Of a DNA stretch of 64,000 bases, positions 26,864 through 36,585 are shown in pieces. The notes under the pieces are model-generated. The model was not told the DNA's origin and made no database searches. It saw nothing but the letters and a program-made list of their open reading frames with translations. The number at the start of each line of letters is the position of its first letter. The first letter of the stretch is position 1. The position numbers and the translations under genes are program-made. Origin of the DNA: Candidatus Sericytochromatia bacterium (GTDB lineage Bacteria > Cyanobacteriota > Sericytochromatia > UBA7694); the NCBI GenBank assembly GCA_964229355.1, contig CAXRDE010000005.1, positions 101,131 through 165,130 of the forward strand, given 5' to 3'.

Positions 26864-27686
26864 TTCTTGTCATCTCCCATAGCGTGTTAAGTGAAGGTGG
26901 GTTTGAGCCTGGCACGCAGTTATAGAGGTCAAAGTCTGTCACGCCTATGTCTCGCAAAATGGCTTCATCGATTAAAGCTTGACCGCTGTAACGCTGGGGA
27001 TCCCCCTGCGTCACCAGAGCAAGCACTGCGTCCGATAAAATGGAAGGTTTACGCCACATGGAAGGTTCGCCCAGGCCCCAGTTAATGGTGGCCAAACTCT
27101 CTATCATGGTCTCTGGCCATAGAGAGTACACGCCGATGTTGTCCGCCTTCACCTCTTCAGCCAAACCGTGACTGAGCAAAGTCATCCCATACTTTGAGAT
27201 GGTATAACCAATATGGTAAGGCACATGGGCCAGATCAATGGGCGGAGACATGTTAATAATGTGTCCCCGCTGGGCTTCTATCATCAGCGGCAAAACCGCC
27301 TGAGCACAGAAAAATGCACCCCGAGCATTGACATCCATCATCAGGTCAAAACGATTGGCCGGGGTTTTCATTAAGGGTTGCCACCAAAGGGCTCCGGCAT
27401 TATTGATCAAAATATCGACGCGACCCAGAGTATCCTTGACCTGTTGCACCATGGCTTCAATCTGTGACACATCCCGCACATCGCACTGTACAGGCAATGC
27501 TTTGACCCCTTTGGCCCGCACCTCTTCAGCCACCGAATGAATGGTGCCGGGTAATTTGGGGTGGGGTTCACTGGTTTTTCCCACCACCACGATGTGACAG
27601 CCCTCGGCAGCCAGATGCAGTGCCAAATCACGGCCAATGCCACGACTACTGCCGGTAATAATCGCCACCTGATCTTTTAATTGCAT
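26850..27686 (-). CDS. SDR-family oxidoreductase
   Basis: TGSSRGIG NAD(P)-binding motif, NNAG, and Y-x3-K (YTISK). Confidence 0.75.
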   Translation of the reverse strand: MQLKDQVAIITGSSRGIGRDLALHLAAEGCHIVVVGKTSEPHPKLPGTIHSVAEEVRAKGVKALPVQCDVRDVSQIEAMVQQVKDTLGRVDILINNAGALWWQPLMKTPANRFDLMMDVNARGAFFCAQAVLPLMIEAQRGHIINMSPPIDLAHVPYHIGYTISKYGMTLLSHGLAEEVKADNIGVYSLWPETMIESLATINWGLGEPSMWRKPSILSDAVLALVTQGDPQRYSGQALIDEAILRDIGVTDFDLYNCVPGSNPPSLNTLWEMTRNANT

Positions 27687-27757
27687 AATTGCTTACCTTT
27701 TTGTGGATTTGCCTATAGCATACCAGAAGGACGACCTCATAAGACAAAGGTAACACG

Positions 27758-28678
27758 ATGAATTATTTAACGGTTTTTCCCGGGCAGGGTGCCCAAAAAG
27801 TGGGCATGGGAGAAGAGTTTAAGGCCTCTTCTCTGTTTCAAGAACACCTGGCAGAAACAGATCATTTGTTGAACTACGCCTTAAGCCACCTCATTGCCAG
27901 GGGGCCTGAAGAAGTTTTAAGAGAGACCCGGCAAGCCCAACTTGCTTTATTTGTGGTTGAAACGGGTATTTACAGGTGCTGGCGTGCAGCAGGCGCACCC
28001 TCTCCCGCTGCGGTGGCAGGCCATAGCTTAGGTGAGTACAGTGCGCTCTACGCTGCAGGGGTTCTCTCTCTGGAAACCGCTCTGTCGCTGGTACAAAAAC
28101 GTGCCACCTGGATGCAGCAAGATTGTGAAGCAAAACCAGGGAGTATGGCTGCGGTTATTCGACCCCAACGGGAGCAAATACAAGCGCTTTGTGCAGAAAC
28201 TGCTGAAGTGGTATGGGCCAACGATAACAGTGAAAGCCAGGGGGTTCTCTCTGGAGAAACACAGGCATTGCAAAGCACCCTACAACGCATTCAAAGAGAA
28301 AAATGGGGCAAAGTCATTCCACTCCAGGTGAGTGGGGCTTTCCACTCACCGCTGATGTACGCTGCCAGCCAAAAAATGGCAACCCACCTCGCAGGTGTGT
28401 TTTTTCAGGCGGCTCAGTTTCCCATCATCATGAACAGTACGGCCGAGGCTCTTACGGATCCTGAAGCGATAAAATCAGCCCTGATTGAACAAATATTAAG
28501 CCCCGTGCGTTGGAGAGAAAGCCTGCTGCATGCAAAGGTACTCTCTATTCAGGGTGTCATTGAGATGGGCCCGTCTACGCTCAAGCGGCTGGTACAACAG
28601 ACATTGCCTGAATTGCCCGTGCATGTCATACAGACCCCGCAAGAGTTAAAGGAAGGGTTAGCCTTTGTTCAAGACTAG
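27758..28678 (+). CDS. fabD: Malonyl-CoA:ACP transacylase
   Basis: FPGQGAQ and GHSLGEYSAL active-site motifs. Confidence 0.85.
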   Translation: MNYLTVFPGQGAQKVGMGEEFKASSLFQEHLAETDHLLNYALSHLIARGPEEVLRETRQAQLALFVVETGIYRCWRAAGAPSPAAVAGHSLGEYSALYAAGVLSLETALSLVQKRATWMQQDCEAKPGSMAAVIRPQREQIQALCAETAEVVWANDNSESQGVLSGETQALQSTLQRIQREKWGKVIPLQVSGAFHSPLMYAASQKMATHLAGVFFQAAQFPIIMNSTAEALTDPEAIKSALIEQILSPVRWRESLLHAKVLSIQGVIEMGPSTLKRLVQQTLPELPVHVIQTPQELKEGLAFVQD

Positions 28679-28713
28679 TTCAAAAAAAAATTTAAAACTT
28701 TTTTGATATCCTA

Positions 28714-28741
28714 TTGTGGCTGAGATCAACTATGCTATAAT
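28714..28741 (+). promoter_or_regulatory. Candidate sigma70 promoter for the tRNA pair
   Basis: TTGTGG (28714-19), 16-nt spacer, TATAAT (28736-41), about 20 nt upstream of tRNA-Phe. Confidence 0.4.
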
Positions 28742-28761
28742 TCATTCCCGAACGCAAGTTC

Positions 28762-28834
28762 GCCCAGATAGCTCAGTCGGTAGAGCAAGGGACTGAAAAT
28801 CCCTGTGTCGACAGTTCGATTCTGTCTCTGGGCA
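28762..28834 (+). tRNA. tRNA-Phe (anticodon GAA)
   Basis: Cloverleaf GCCCAGA acceptor stem, AGCTCAGTCGGTAGAGC D-arm, anticodon loop CTGAAAA, GTTCGATTC T-arm. 3' end is ...GGGCA followed by CTC (no encoded CCA). Confidence 0.9.
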
Positions 28835-28841
28835 CTCTACT

Positions 28842-28883
28842 CAGAGATTCCATTTGTTCCCTCAACACACTACGGAATCTCTG
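28842..28883 (+). other. Inter-tRNA hairpin (10-bp stem cagagattcc / ggaatctctg, 22-nt loop)
   Basis: Perfect inverted repeat between the two tRNAs; probable processing or termination structure. Confidence 0.4.
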
Positions 28884-28896
28884 GGTTTTACACCAC

Positions 28897-28980
28897 GGGG
28901 ACGTGGCGGAATCGGCAGACGCGCTAGCTTGAGGGGCTAGTGGGAGCAATCTCGTGTGGGTTCAAGTCCCACCGTCCCCA
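28897..28980 (+). tRNA. tRNA-Leu (anticodon GAG), class II with long variable arm
   Basis: GGGGACG acceptor stem, anticodon stem-loop CTAGC-TTGAGGG-GCTAG, long variable arm, GTTCAAGTCC T-arm. Ends CGTCCCCA with no encoded CCA. Confidence 0.85.
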
Positions 28981-29036
28981 CTCTCTTCAATCCTTCCGCC
29001 CATCAGCGACTTTTCTCAACGGAATGACAATACCTG

Positions 29037-30083
29037 ATGCATATACTCATTACTGGCGGACTGGGGTTTATCGGATCCCATCTCATTGAACACCTTCTTT
29101 CTGAACATCCTGACGCTCATGTCCTGAACCTGGACGCCTTAACCTATGCCGCCTGCCCGGAAACCCACGATCACTTACACGCGCAATATCCTGAACGTTA
29201 CACCTGGATTCACGGACGTGTGGGCGACTCCCTCTTGCTCCAGCGCCTTTTGCCCCAGGTGGATTATGTGGTGCACTGTGCTGCCGAAAGCAATGTGGAT
29301 CTCTCTTTACACGACAGTCACGTTTTTTTAGAAAGCAATATTCTAGAGACTCAGGTCTTACTCGAAGCCTGTCGTCAACAGACGCATTTACGGCGTTTTT
29401 TATTGGTAAGCACCGACGAAGTCTACGGCAACCCCTGGCTCGACAAACCCTCCCTTGAAAGCGATCCCCTTTTGCCCTGTAGTCCTTACGCAGCAAGCAA
29501 AGCCGGGCAGGATCTTCTGGCTTACAGTTATTGGGTGAGCTTTGGGGTTCCCGTGGTGCGCACCCGTTGTGTAAATAACTATGGCCCCCGCCAGGATCCC
29601 ACCAAACTGATTCCGCGCTTTACCCTGCACACCCTTCAGCAACAAACACTCCCTCTTTATGGCAACGGAAAAAACCTGCGAGAGTGGATTCACGCCCTGG
29701 ATCATGCCCGGGCCCTTTTGTATCTTTTGTTTCACCCCGCGGCACTAGAGGGCGAGGTCTTTAATGTGGGCACAGGCCTAGAAAGCAGCGCCCTTGAAAT
29801 CGGTCGCTCCATACTGGAGCACTTCCAACACCCGCCCTCCCAATTGCAGGGGGTTGAAGATCGCGCCGGTCACGTCCAACGCCACGCCGTCAACAGCAAT
29901 AAGCTCAGAGAGCTGGGTTGGAAACCCCAAATTGACTGGCAAACCGGCTTCACAGAAACCCTGAACTGGTATGCTTCAAATCCTCACTGGATCAGGGCCA
30001 TGATCGCCCACCAAACCACCCATATCTCTGAATACACGAGCCGTTATGGACTGAAGGCTCCCGAGGTGAATAAATTGTGCTAG
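29037..30083 (+). CDS. rfbB: dTDP-glucose 4,6-dehydratase
   Basis: ILITGGLGFIGSH, YAASKA (Y-x3-K), and the overall RmlB pattern. Confidence 0.85.
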   Translation: MHILITGGLGFIGSHLIEHLLSEHPDAHVLNLDALTYAACPETHDHLHAQYPERYTWIHGRVGDSLLLQRLLPQVDYVVHCAAESNVDLSLHDSHVFLESNILETQVLLEACRQQTHLRRFLLVSTDEVYGNPWLDKPSLESDPLLPCSPYAASKAGQDLLAYSYWVSFGVPVVRTRCVNNYGPRQDPTKLIPRFTLHTLQQQTLPLYGNGKNLREWIHALDHARALLYLLFHPAALEGEVFNVGTGLESSALEIGRSILEHFQHPPSQLQGVEDRAGHVQRHAVNSNKLRELGWKPQIDWQTGFTETLNWYASNPHWIRAMIAHQTTHISEYTSRYGLKAPEVNKLC

Positions 30084-30092
30084 CATGTAGGC

Positions 30093-30413
30093 ATGATTAT
30101 TTACAGTGTTACCGTTTCGATTGAAAATGACCTGGCCGAAGAATGGCTTCAATGGATGCAGAGCACCCATATTCCAGAAGTCATGGCCACCGGCTTCTTT
30201 GAAGGCTATACCCTACAGCAGATTTTAGAGCCCGTGGTGGATCCCGATCGCATTAACTACAACGTTTTGTACGAAGTGGCTTCTCGGGATGACTTAGAGC
30301 AATACCAACGCAGTGCTGCCCCTGCTTTGCAACGCAAACACCATGAGCGCTATGGCGAAAATGCCCTGGCCATTCGCGTGGTCATGCATCGTCTGGCTCA
30401 GCAGAAGGCTTAA
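30093..30413 (+). CDS. DUF4286-like small protein
   Basis: MIIYSVTVSIE...EWLQWM pattern recalled from the DUF4286 family. Confidence 0.4.
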   Translation: MIIYSVTVSIENDLAEEWLQWMQSTHIPEVMATGFFEGYTLQQILEPVVDPDRINYNVLYEVASRDDLEQYQRSAAPALQRKHHERYGENALAIRVVMHRLAQQKA

Positions 30414-30434
30414 GTCCCCACTTACAGCTCGTTT

Positions 30435-31301
30435 TTAGCTTGCGGCCCGCAGTTGTGGCTGCTCATGAGGCGGTGAGTCCACTGCCTCCATCACCCGGGT
30501 TTTGATCAAGGTAAAGAGTCCTGAAGCTTTATAGGCTTTGTCTAAAAGTACCGAACCCACCACGCCTCCGGCCACCCCTACAATCGTCACGGGAAGTCCC
30601 GCTGAGCCCGCCAAAGTCATGCCCAAAGTCGCGGTTCCTGAAAAGATACTGGCGCCCACACCCGAGAAAAAGCCACCCACAGCATCTCCCGCCACGTTAC
30701 CAATGGCCTCAGCGCCGGTTTGATTTCCCATGGCTGTGTCTACCACGTTGGCCACCAGAGACGTTCCTGCGTTAATCGCACTCGAAATGCCGCCTGACTT
30801 GAGAGACAACGCACCCGCTTGTTTAAAGCCACTGACAAATCCGCCCCAGGCCTGCCCCGGCTCTCCCGCACTCAAACCCTGCTTGATTTGCCGGTAAGTG
30901 TCCATGGTAATATTACCCACCCGGTCGCCGTAACGGTAGCCAATATAGCCGCCCGAAAGGGTGCGCCCCACCAGACTGCCAATGGCCGCAATCCCCTGGG
31001 GATTATTGCTAAAAGAGGTGTTGTCCTGATAAACATAGCCACCCCCGTCGCGAATCGCGGTGAGTTTGGCGACAATAATGTCGTAACGGGTGCGTTCATC
31101 AGCCTTGGGAATGTATCCCCACTCCATTTTTTTATCGAGCTTTTCGGCCCACTCGAGATCTTCGGGGCTGACGCGCTGCACATCAGAAATAGGCTCAAGG
31201 GGCTTTAAACCTTTTTTAAGCGAATCACCGAGAGCAGGCAACGGCCGTAATGGCGTCAACCCGGTGGCAGGTGAGAGTGCAGAAACAGAAAGTGCTGACA
31301 T
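30435..31301 (-). CDS. Hypothetical Gly-rich (glycine-zipper) membrane protein
   Basis: C-terminal 130 aa has iterated GxxxG/A motifs (GNVAGDAVGGFFSGVGASIFSG...GVAGGVVGSV). No known domain. Confidence 0.4.
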   Translation of the reverse strand: MSALSVSALSPATGLTPLRPLPALGDSLKKGLKPLEPISDVQRVSPEDLEWAEKLDKKMEWGYIPKADERTRYDIIVAKLTAIRDGGGYVYQDNTSFSNNPQGIAAIGSLVGRTLSGGYIGYRYGDRVGNITMDTYRQIKQGLSAGEPGQAWGGFVSGFKQAGALSLKSGGISSAINAGTSLVANVVDTAMGNQTGAEAIGNVAGDAVGGFFSGVGASIFSGTATLGMTLAGSAGLPVTIVGVAGGVVGSVLLDKAYKASGLFTLIKTRVMEAVDSPPHEQPQLRAAS

Positions 31302-31393
31302 AATTTGATTATCCCTTTGATTCTCTTATCGTGAAAAGCACCCTCAACTTACTTATCTTTTGGTTAAATCAAGAGAAATAAATGGTTAAGATC

Positions 31394-31924
31394 CTAATTT
31401 TTCAGCAGGGGCCACTGCCGATCTTTGGGGCTAACCTGCGCACAACGGGTGCGCCAGGGAATCGCCAACGCAGGATCGTTATACGCCACACCCCGTTCTG
31501 CTTCGGGATGGTATTCAGCACAGAAAACCAGGTATTGAACCCAGTTGTTCTCAGCCAACGCCTCAAAACCATGGGCACACCCCGGAGGAATCAACACAGC
31601 CTGATAAGGGGTTTGTAAGAGGAAGCTCTCCCACTGACCGTAAGTCGGTGAATCGGCCCGCAAATCCAGAACCACGTCAAAGATTTCGCCTTGTAAGCAC
31701 ATCACCCACTTCCCCTGAGCAAAGGGGGCCTCCTGATAATGCAGCCCCCGAATTACGCCCTGAGCCGACTGAGAAACATTAAACTGCACCGGTGGCCCCC
31801 AGTTAAGCTGGTGTGCCAGCGTGGATTGCTTAAACACTTCAAAAAACTCCCCCCGTTCATCTCGGTAACTCAAGAAATCCACAAGATACACCCCGGCCAA
31901 AGCTTTTGCGGCCTGTATATGCAA
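31394..31924 (-). CDS. rfbC: dTDP-4-dehydrorhamnose 3,5-epimerase
   Basis: RGLHYQ, cupin fold motifs, YNDP. Confidence 0.85.
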   Translation of the reverse strand: MHIQAAKALAGVYLVDFLSYRDERGEFFEVFKQSTLAHQLNWGPPVQFNVSQSAQGVIRGLHYQEAPFAQGKWVMCLQGEIFDVVLDLRADSPTYGQWESFLLQTPYQAVLIPPGCAHGFEALAENNWVQYLVFCAEYHPEAERGVAYNDPALAIPWRTRCAQVSPKDRQWPLLKN

Positions 31925-31930
31925 GGTCGT

Positions 31931-33010
31931 TTACCCCCTTTGATTCCGCCAATGCACAAGTCCAAGTAGACAGGGCATCAGCACAATATGCGGCAGCCAG
32001 GCTGCCCAGAGCGGTGTCCATTGCCCACTGTCTCCCAGGGCTGTACCCAGGCTCATCAATAAATAATACCCAAAAACCAGCACCAAACTCAAACCCAGAC
32101 CCTGGCTCCGGGTGCGTACGGTGCGCGCCCCCAGAATCACCCCCAGCAGGGCAAAAGGTAGGGCAGCCCAGGGCAAGGCAAACTTTTGGTGCCAGCGCAC
32201 CTGCAGAGCACGGGTATCCTGACCCAGGCTTTGCAATTGCACAATATGCTCCCTTAAGGCCCTGGCGTTCATTTCCTGGGGCGATTGGGGGCCTTTTAAA
32301 AGCTGGGGGAGTGCCTGACTCAAGGGCAAGGTATACGTGGTAAAAAAACCCTGCAAAGGTGCTTGTGCCGGGTGTAAGGTAAGGGTTCGCCCCTGTTGAA
32401 AACGCCAGACGCCCTGTTCAAGACTGGCCTGACGCGCCTGCAGCACAAATTGCAATTGATGCTGCTCAAAACGTTGGATCACCACGTCATACAGCACGCC
32501 GTCGCGCGCTTCGCGGGCGTAAATCAGGTGTTTTAGCCCTTTTTCATCGGTTTCACGTACAAATACATGGGACTGTCGCTGAGGCAAACGCACCTGACCC
32601 TGCTGGGCCGCGGTCAGTAGATGACGAGACCATGCGCTACTGGAGGGCACCAGGCCCTCATTTAAGACAATGGCTCCACCCGCGCAGACACAGGCAAAGC
32701 CCACAAAAGGCAATAAAAGACGCCAAAAACTTAAACCCAATAAGCGAAAGCTCAACCATTCCTGATCGTTGGCCAGTTGGGCCACCGTCAGCATGGCTCC
32801 CATCAGCATGGCCATGGGCAAGGTGTAATAGAGCATTTCGGGCAAACGCAGCACAAAGACCTTGAACATCAGCAGCAAAGAATAGTGAAAACGGGCACTT
32901 TCTTCAATCAACCCAAAAAGTACAAAGCCTGTACTCATTAAGCAACCGAGCAAAGCCAATGCCAACCAGAAAGGCCCCATCAACTGACGCAGAAGATAGC
33001 GATCTAGCAC
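31931..33010 (-). CDS. LptF/LptG-family LPS export permease
   Basis: MLDRYLLRQL..GPF N-terminus and six-TM YjgP/YjgQ layout. Confidence 0.75.
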   Translation of the reverse strand: MLDRYLLRQLMGPFWLALALLGCLMSTGFVLFGLIEESARFHYSLLLMFKVFVLRLPEMLYYTLPMAMLMGAMLTVAQLANDQEWLSFRLLGLSFWRLLLPFVGFACVCAGGAIVLNEGLVPSSSAWSRHLLTAAQQGQVRLPQRQSHVFVRETDEKGLKHLIYAREARDGVLYDVVIQRFEQHQLQFVLQARQASLEQGVWRFQQGRTLTLHPAQAPLQGFFTTYTLPLSQALPQLLKGPQSPQEMNARALREHIVQLQSLGQDTRALQVRWHQKFALPWAALPFALLGVILGARTVRTRSQGLGLSLVLVFGYYLLMSLGTALGDSGQWTPLWAAWLPHIVLMPCLLGLVHWRNQRG

Positions 33011-33013
33011 AAG

Positions 33014-34057
33014 CTACAGCAGTTGCTGCGCCACGAGACTTTCTGCAATTTGTACAGCGTTTAGCGCTGCACCTTTGCGCAGGTTATCGGCCACAATCCA
33101 CAAATTTACCCCGTTGGGATGAGACACATCTTCACGAATGCGCCCCACATACACGGGGTCTTGCCCTGAAATATTTCGGGGAGCCGGAAAGTGCCGGTGC
33201 TCGAGATCATCTTGAATCACGACCCCAGGGGTATGTCGTAAAACCTCACGCACGGCTTCAGGAGACACGGGTTGTGCAAACTCCACGTTGACAGACTCCG
33301 AATGACCGTTGGCCACAGGCACGCGAATACAGGTGGCACTGGTGGGCACATCTGCCTCTAAAATTTTACGGGTCTCGTGGGTCATTTTCATTTCTTCATC
33401 GGTATAGCCATTGTCGAGAAAACTCCCGATAAAAGGAATGAGGTTAAAGGCAATGGGAGCCGGTAAAATTTGCGCCACAGGGGTTTGACCTCCCAGGGCT
33501 TGTTCAGACTGCATGTACAGCTCTTGCACCGCCTGATGCCCGGCCCCTGAAACCGCCTGATACGTGGAAACCACCACCCGCTTCAGGCCAAATTTTTCGT
33601 GCAAAGGCTTTAACACCACCACCAGCTGGGCGGTGGAGCAATTGGGGTTCGCAATCAAGCCTTTGTGCTGTTGTAACGCATGGGCATTGACTTCAGGCAC
33701 CACCAGAGGGACATCGTTTTGCATACGAAACGCGCTGGTGTTGTCAATGACAACACAGCCCTGGGCCACCGCCGCATGGGCAAAGGTTTTACTGACACTT
33801 CCACCGGCGGAAGCAAACAAAATATCTATGCCCTCAAAACACGTGGGGGTCGCCTCTTCAACGGTAATGCTTTGATTGCCAAAGCTTTGCACAGAGCCTG
33901 CTGAACGCTTTGAGGCCAAAAGCCGTAAGTTAGCAACCGGAAATTGGCGTTGCAATAAAATATTCAGGATTTCTTTTCCCACCAGGCCGGTAGCGCCCAG
34001 AACACCCACAGTATATGTTTTCATGATTTGAGTTCCCTTTATCAATCGGTAATGCAA
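33014..34057 (-). CDS. asd: Aspartate-semialdehyde dehydrogenase
   Basis: VGVLGATGLVG NAD motif, catalytic C in NPNCSTAQ. Start may be the internal MKTYTVGV at 34024. Confidence 0.85.
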   Translation of the reverse strand: MHYRLIKGTQIMKTYTVGVLGATGLVGKEILNILLQRQFPVANLRLLASKRSAGSVQSFGNQSITVEEATPTCFEGIDILFASAGGSVSKTFAHAAVAQGCVVIDNTSAFRMQNDVPLVVPEVNAHALQQHKGLIANPNCSTAQLVVVLKPLHEKFGLKRVVVSTYQAVSGAGHQAVQELYMQSEQALGGQTPVAQILPAPIAFNLIPFIGSFLDNGYTDEEMKMTHETRKILEADVPTSATCIRVPVANGHSESVNVEFAQPVSPEAVREVLRHTPGVVIQDDLEHRHFPAPRNISGQDPVYVGRIREDVSHPNGVNLWIVADNLRKGAALNAVQIAESLVAQQLL

Positions 34058-34079
34058 CCATACTGTAGCACTTTTTGGA

Positions 34080-35015
34080 TCAAGCGTCTAAGAGGATTTG
34101 TCCACCCATGGCCAACATGCGTTCACCCAGTGTCGCACCCAGCGCTTCGCAAGCTTCAAGGGTTTCGTTCAGCAGTGGGATCTCTAAGGCGTCGGCAATC
34201 ACCTGTGAACCGTCCACAGAAGCAATGCGTCCACGCAGCCACAGACGCCCCTCAGAGAGCACCGCATAACCGGCGATGGGTTTTTCACAACCCCCGCCCA
34301 GCGCCTTCAGATAAGCCCGCTCCGCACTGACACACAGCATGGTTTCAGTATGATTGATGGCCTGCACATAATCCCCTAGCGCCGTATCTTCCAGACGACC
34401 CTCTAAGGCAATGGCTCCCTGTCCGACCGCGGGCAGCATTTCTTCAGCCTGAAAAACCTGCGCCATGCGTTCCCCCATATCCATGCGCTCTAAAGCGGCC
34501 TGGGCCATAACAATCGCAGCATAGTCCCCCCGATCTAGCTTTGCCAAACGGGTTTGAATATTGCCGCGCAAATCGGCAAATTGGAGGTCTGGACGCAATT
34601 GCTGCAACTGGGTTTTACGGCGCAGGCTTCCGGTACCCACCAGAACCCCCTGCGGTAAATCCTCTAAGCGCAATCCATCCGCAGAAACCAATGCATCAAA
34701 GGGACGATGACGCTCCAATATCGCTGTGATCCCTAATCCCTCAGGCAGGGTAGAAGGCAGGTCTTTAAGACTGTGTACTGCAATGTCAATTTCATGACGG
34801 TAAAGTGCCTCTTCCAGCTCTTTGGTAAACAGACCTTTGTCACCAATAGCGGCCAAAGGGCGGTCTAAAATTTTGTCGCCCTGGGTATGAATAATACGGA
34901 CTTCCACGTGAAGATGCTCGTCCTGAGCTAGCAGGGCTTGTTTGACCCGCTCCGCCTGCCACAAAGCCAGCGGACTCCCCCGGGTGCCTAAAACCACAGC
35001 ATTCACTTTAGTCAT
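34080..35015 (-). CDS. hemC: Hydroxymethylbilane synthase (porphobilinogen deaminase)
   Basis: LGTRGS.LALWQA, HSLKDLP motifs; start at MTKVNAVVLG. Confidence 0.85.
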   Translation of the reverse strand: MTKVNAVVLGTRGSPLALWQAERVKQALLAQDEHLHVEVRIIHTQGDKILDRPLAAIGDKGLFTKELEEALYRHEIDIAVHSLKDLPSTLPEGLGITAILERHRPFDALVSADGLRLEDLPQGVLVGTGSLRRKTQLQQLRPDLQFADLRGNIQTRLAKLDRGDYAAIVMAQAALERMDMGERMAQVFQAEEMLPAVGQGAIALEGRLEDTALGDYVQAINHTETMLCVSAERAYLKALGGGCEKPIAGYAVLSEGRLWLRGRIASVDGSQVIADALEIPLLNETLEACEALGATLGERMLAMGGQILLDA

Positions 35016-36372
35016 GATACACCGCCGAAGGGACACGGGCGTGCATGGGACACGACTTCACTTCTGAGGTCTTTTTTTCTATGGGCTGATGGTACACGTA
35101 TTTATCCATTTCATCCTGAGCGTCCAGAGCAAAGAGGGTATTCAACGCTTCATGATACATCTGCTGTTGTTCTACAGGCGCATTTTTAAGACGCACCACA
35201 GGGTGATGTAGAATTTTCTGAACCATGGCCCGTGTCACCTGATCGAGCATGGCCTCCACCTCGGGCGTCATCTCGGCTTTATGGCGGGCAGTCCCTCGCT
35301 GTAACTCACGCTCTCGAATGGATTCAAAGGTTTGGTACAGAGCCTTAATGGTGGGCACCACATCTCGGTTGTTAAACCATTCTAAAAAGCGGGTGGTTTC
35401 TTCACCAATAATGCTCTGGGCCTGTGAAATATAGAGTCTCCGTTTCTCGATAGACATATCGACTTTATGCTGTAGGGCGTCTACGTCAAAGAGCTGAACG
35501 TTGGGTAAATAGCCGAGCTCCGGATCAATATTACGGGGTACAGAGAGGTCCACAAGCAAAAGGGATTGTCCAAATTGTTGGGAAAGGTCTTGAGGATTTA
35601 GCAAATAATGTTCAGCAGAGGTACACACGACCACAGCATCCATTTCTGTGACCTGGCACAGCGCTTCCTGGGGGCTTAACAAATGGGACTCACCGGCAAA
35701 TAAAAGCTGTAAGTCACGGGCCTTGTCCTGGGTGCGGTTGGCCAAAAATAAAGTGGCGGTGTCTGCCTCAAGATTTTTAACCATCACCTGCGCCATTTGA
35801 CCGGCACCAATCACCAGCAAACGGGCCGAGGGCAAAGCCGAGACGTGTTCTTTGACCAGACGAGCGGCCAGCGCCCCGATCGAAGCACAACCCTTGTTAA
35901 TATCTGTCTCCGTGCGCACACGTTTTCCCGCCATAATGGCGTAACGCAACAGTTGGTTAAGAATTGCACCCGAGGCCTGCTCTTGCTGCGCCAGTTCCTG
36001 AGCGGTCTTGACCTGTCTCAGGATTTCATTTTCACCCAAAACCATGGAGTCTAAGCCGGCGGCCACTTCAAAGAGATGGGTTGCCGCGAATTTATTGTAG
36101 AAGGTGTAAAGCAAAGGCTCTAAGGTATCACGAGAGAGCTGGCTGGAGCGTAAAAGAATCTCAAGGATCTGTTCACGGGACTTTAACGTATCGTGCACAA
36201 TGGCATAGACTTCCGTACGGTTGCAGGTGGACAAAAGCACGGCTTCTGCAATGGCATCTTGCTGACGAAGTTGTTGCAAGATGGCCTGTGCTTCACGGGT
36301 GTGAAAAGAAAGTTGTTCTCTGGCGTAGAGGGGAGCGCTTTTATAATTTACGCCAATTAAAATTAATTGCAC
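35008..36372 (-). CDS. hemA: Glutamyl-tRNA reductase
   Basis: LSTCNRTEVY catalytic Cys motif, GAGQMA NADPH-binding motif. Confidence 0.85.
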   Translation of the reverse strand: MQLILIGVNYKSAPLYAREQLSFHTREAQAILQQLRQQDAIAEAVLLSTCNRTEVYAIVHDTLKSREQILEILLRSSQLSRDTLEPLLYTFYNKFAATHLFEVAAGLDSMVLGENEILRQVKTAQELAQQEQASGAILNQLLRYAIMAGKRVRTETDINKGCASIGALAARLVKEHVSALPSARLLVIGAGQMAQVMVKNLEADTATLFLANRTQDKARDLQLLFAGESHLLSPQEALCQVTEMDAVVVCTSAEHYLLNPQDLSQQFGQSLLLVDLSVPRNIDPELGYLPNVQLFDVDALQHKVDMSIEKRRLYISQAQSIIGEETTRFLEWFNNRDVVPTIKALYQTFESIRERELQRGTARHKAEMTPEVEAMLDQVTRAMVQKILHHPVVRLKNAPVEQQQMYHEALNTLFALDAQDEMDKYVYHQPIEKKTSEVKSCPMHARVPSAVYHD

Positions 36373-36585
36373 AAATGCCTCTTTTGTTTTGCAAATGTTT
36401 TAAAATTTAATAACAGGTTAAATTCCGACTTAATTTGTTATTTTTATTCTAACACGATCTTAGCAAAATGCGCTTGATCACCGCATTGACGAAGATCAAA
36501 ACAGCACTTGATACCTCCCGACTATTTCTGTTAAATTAATCTTTTCTTAAGCAAGTTTTATGTTAGACATAACGATAACCTTTTT

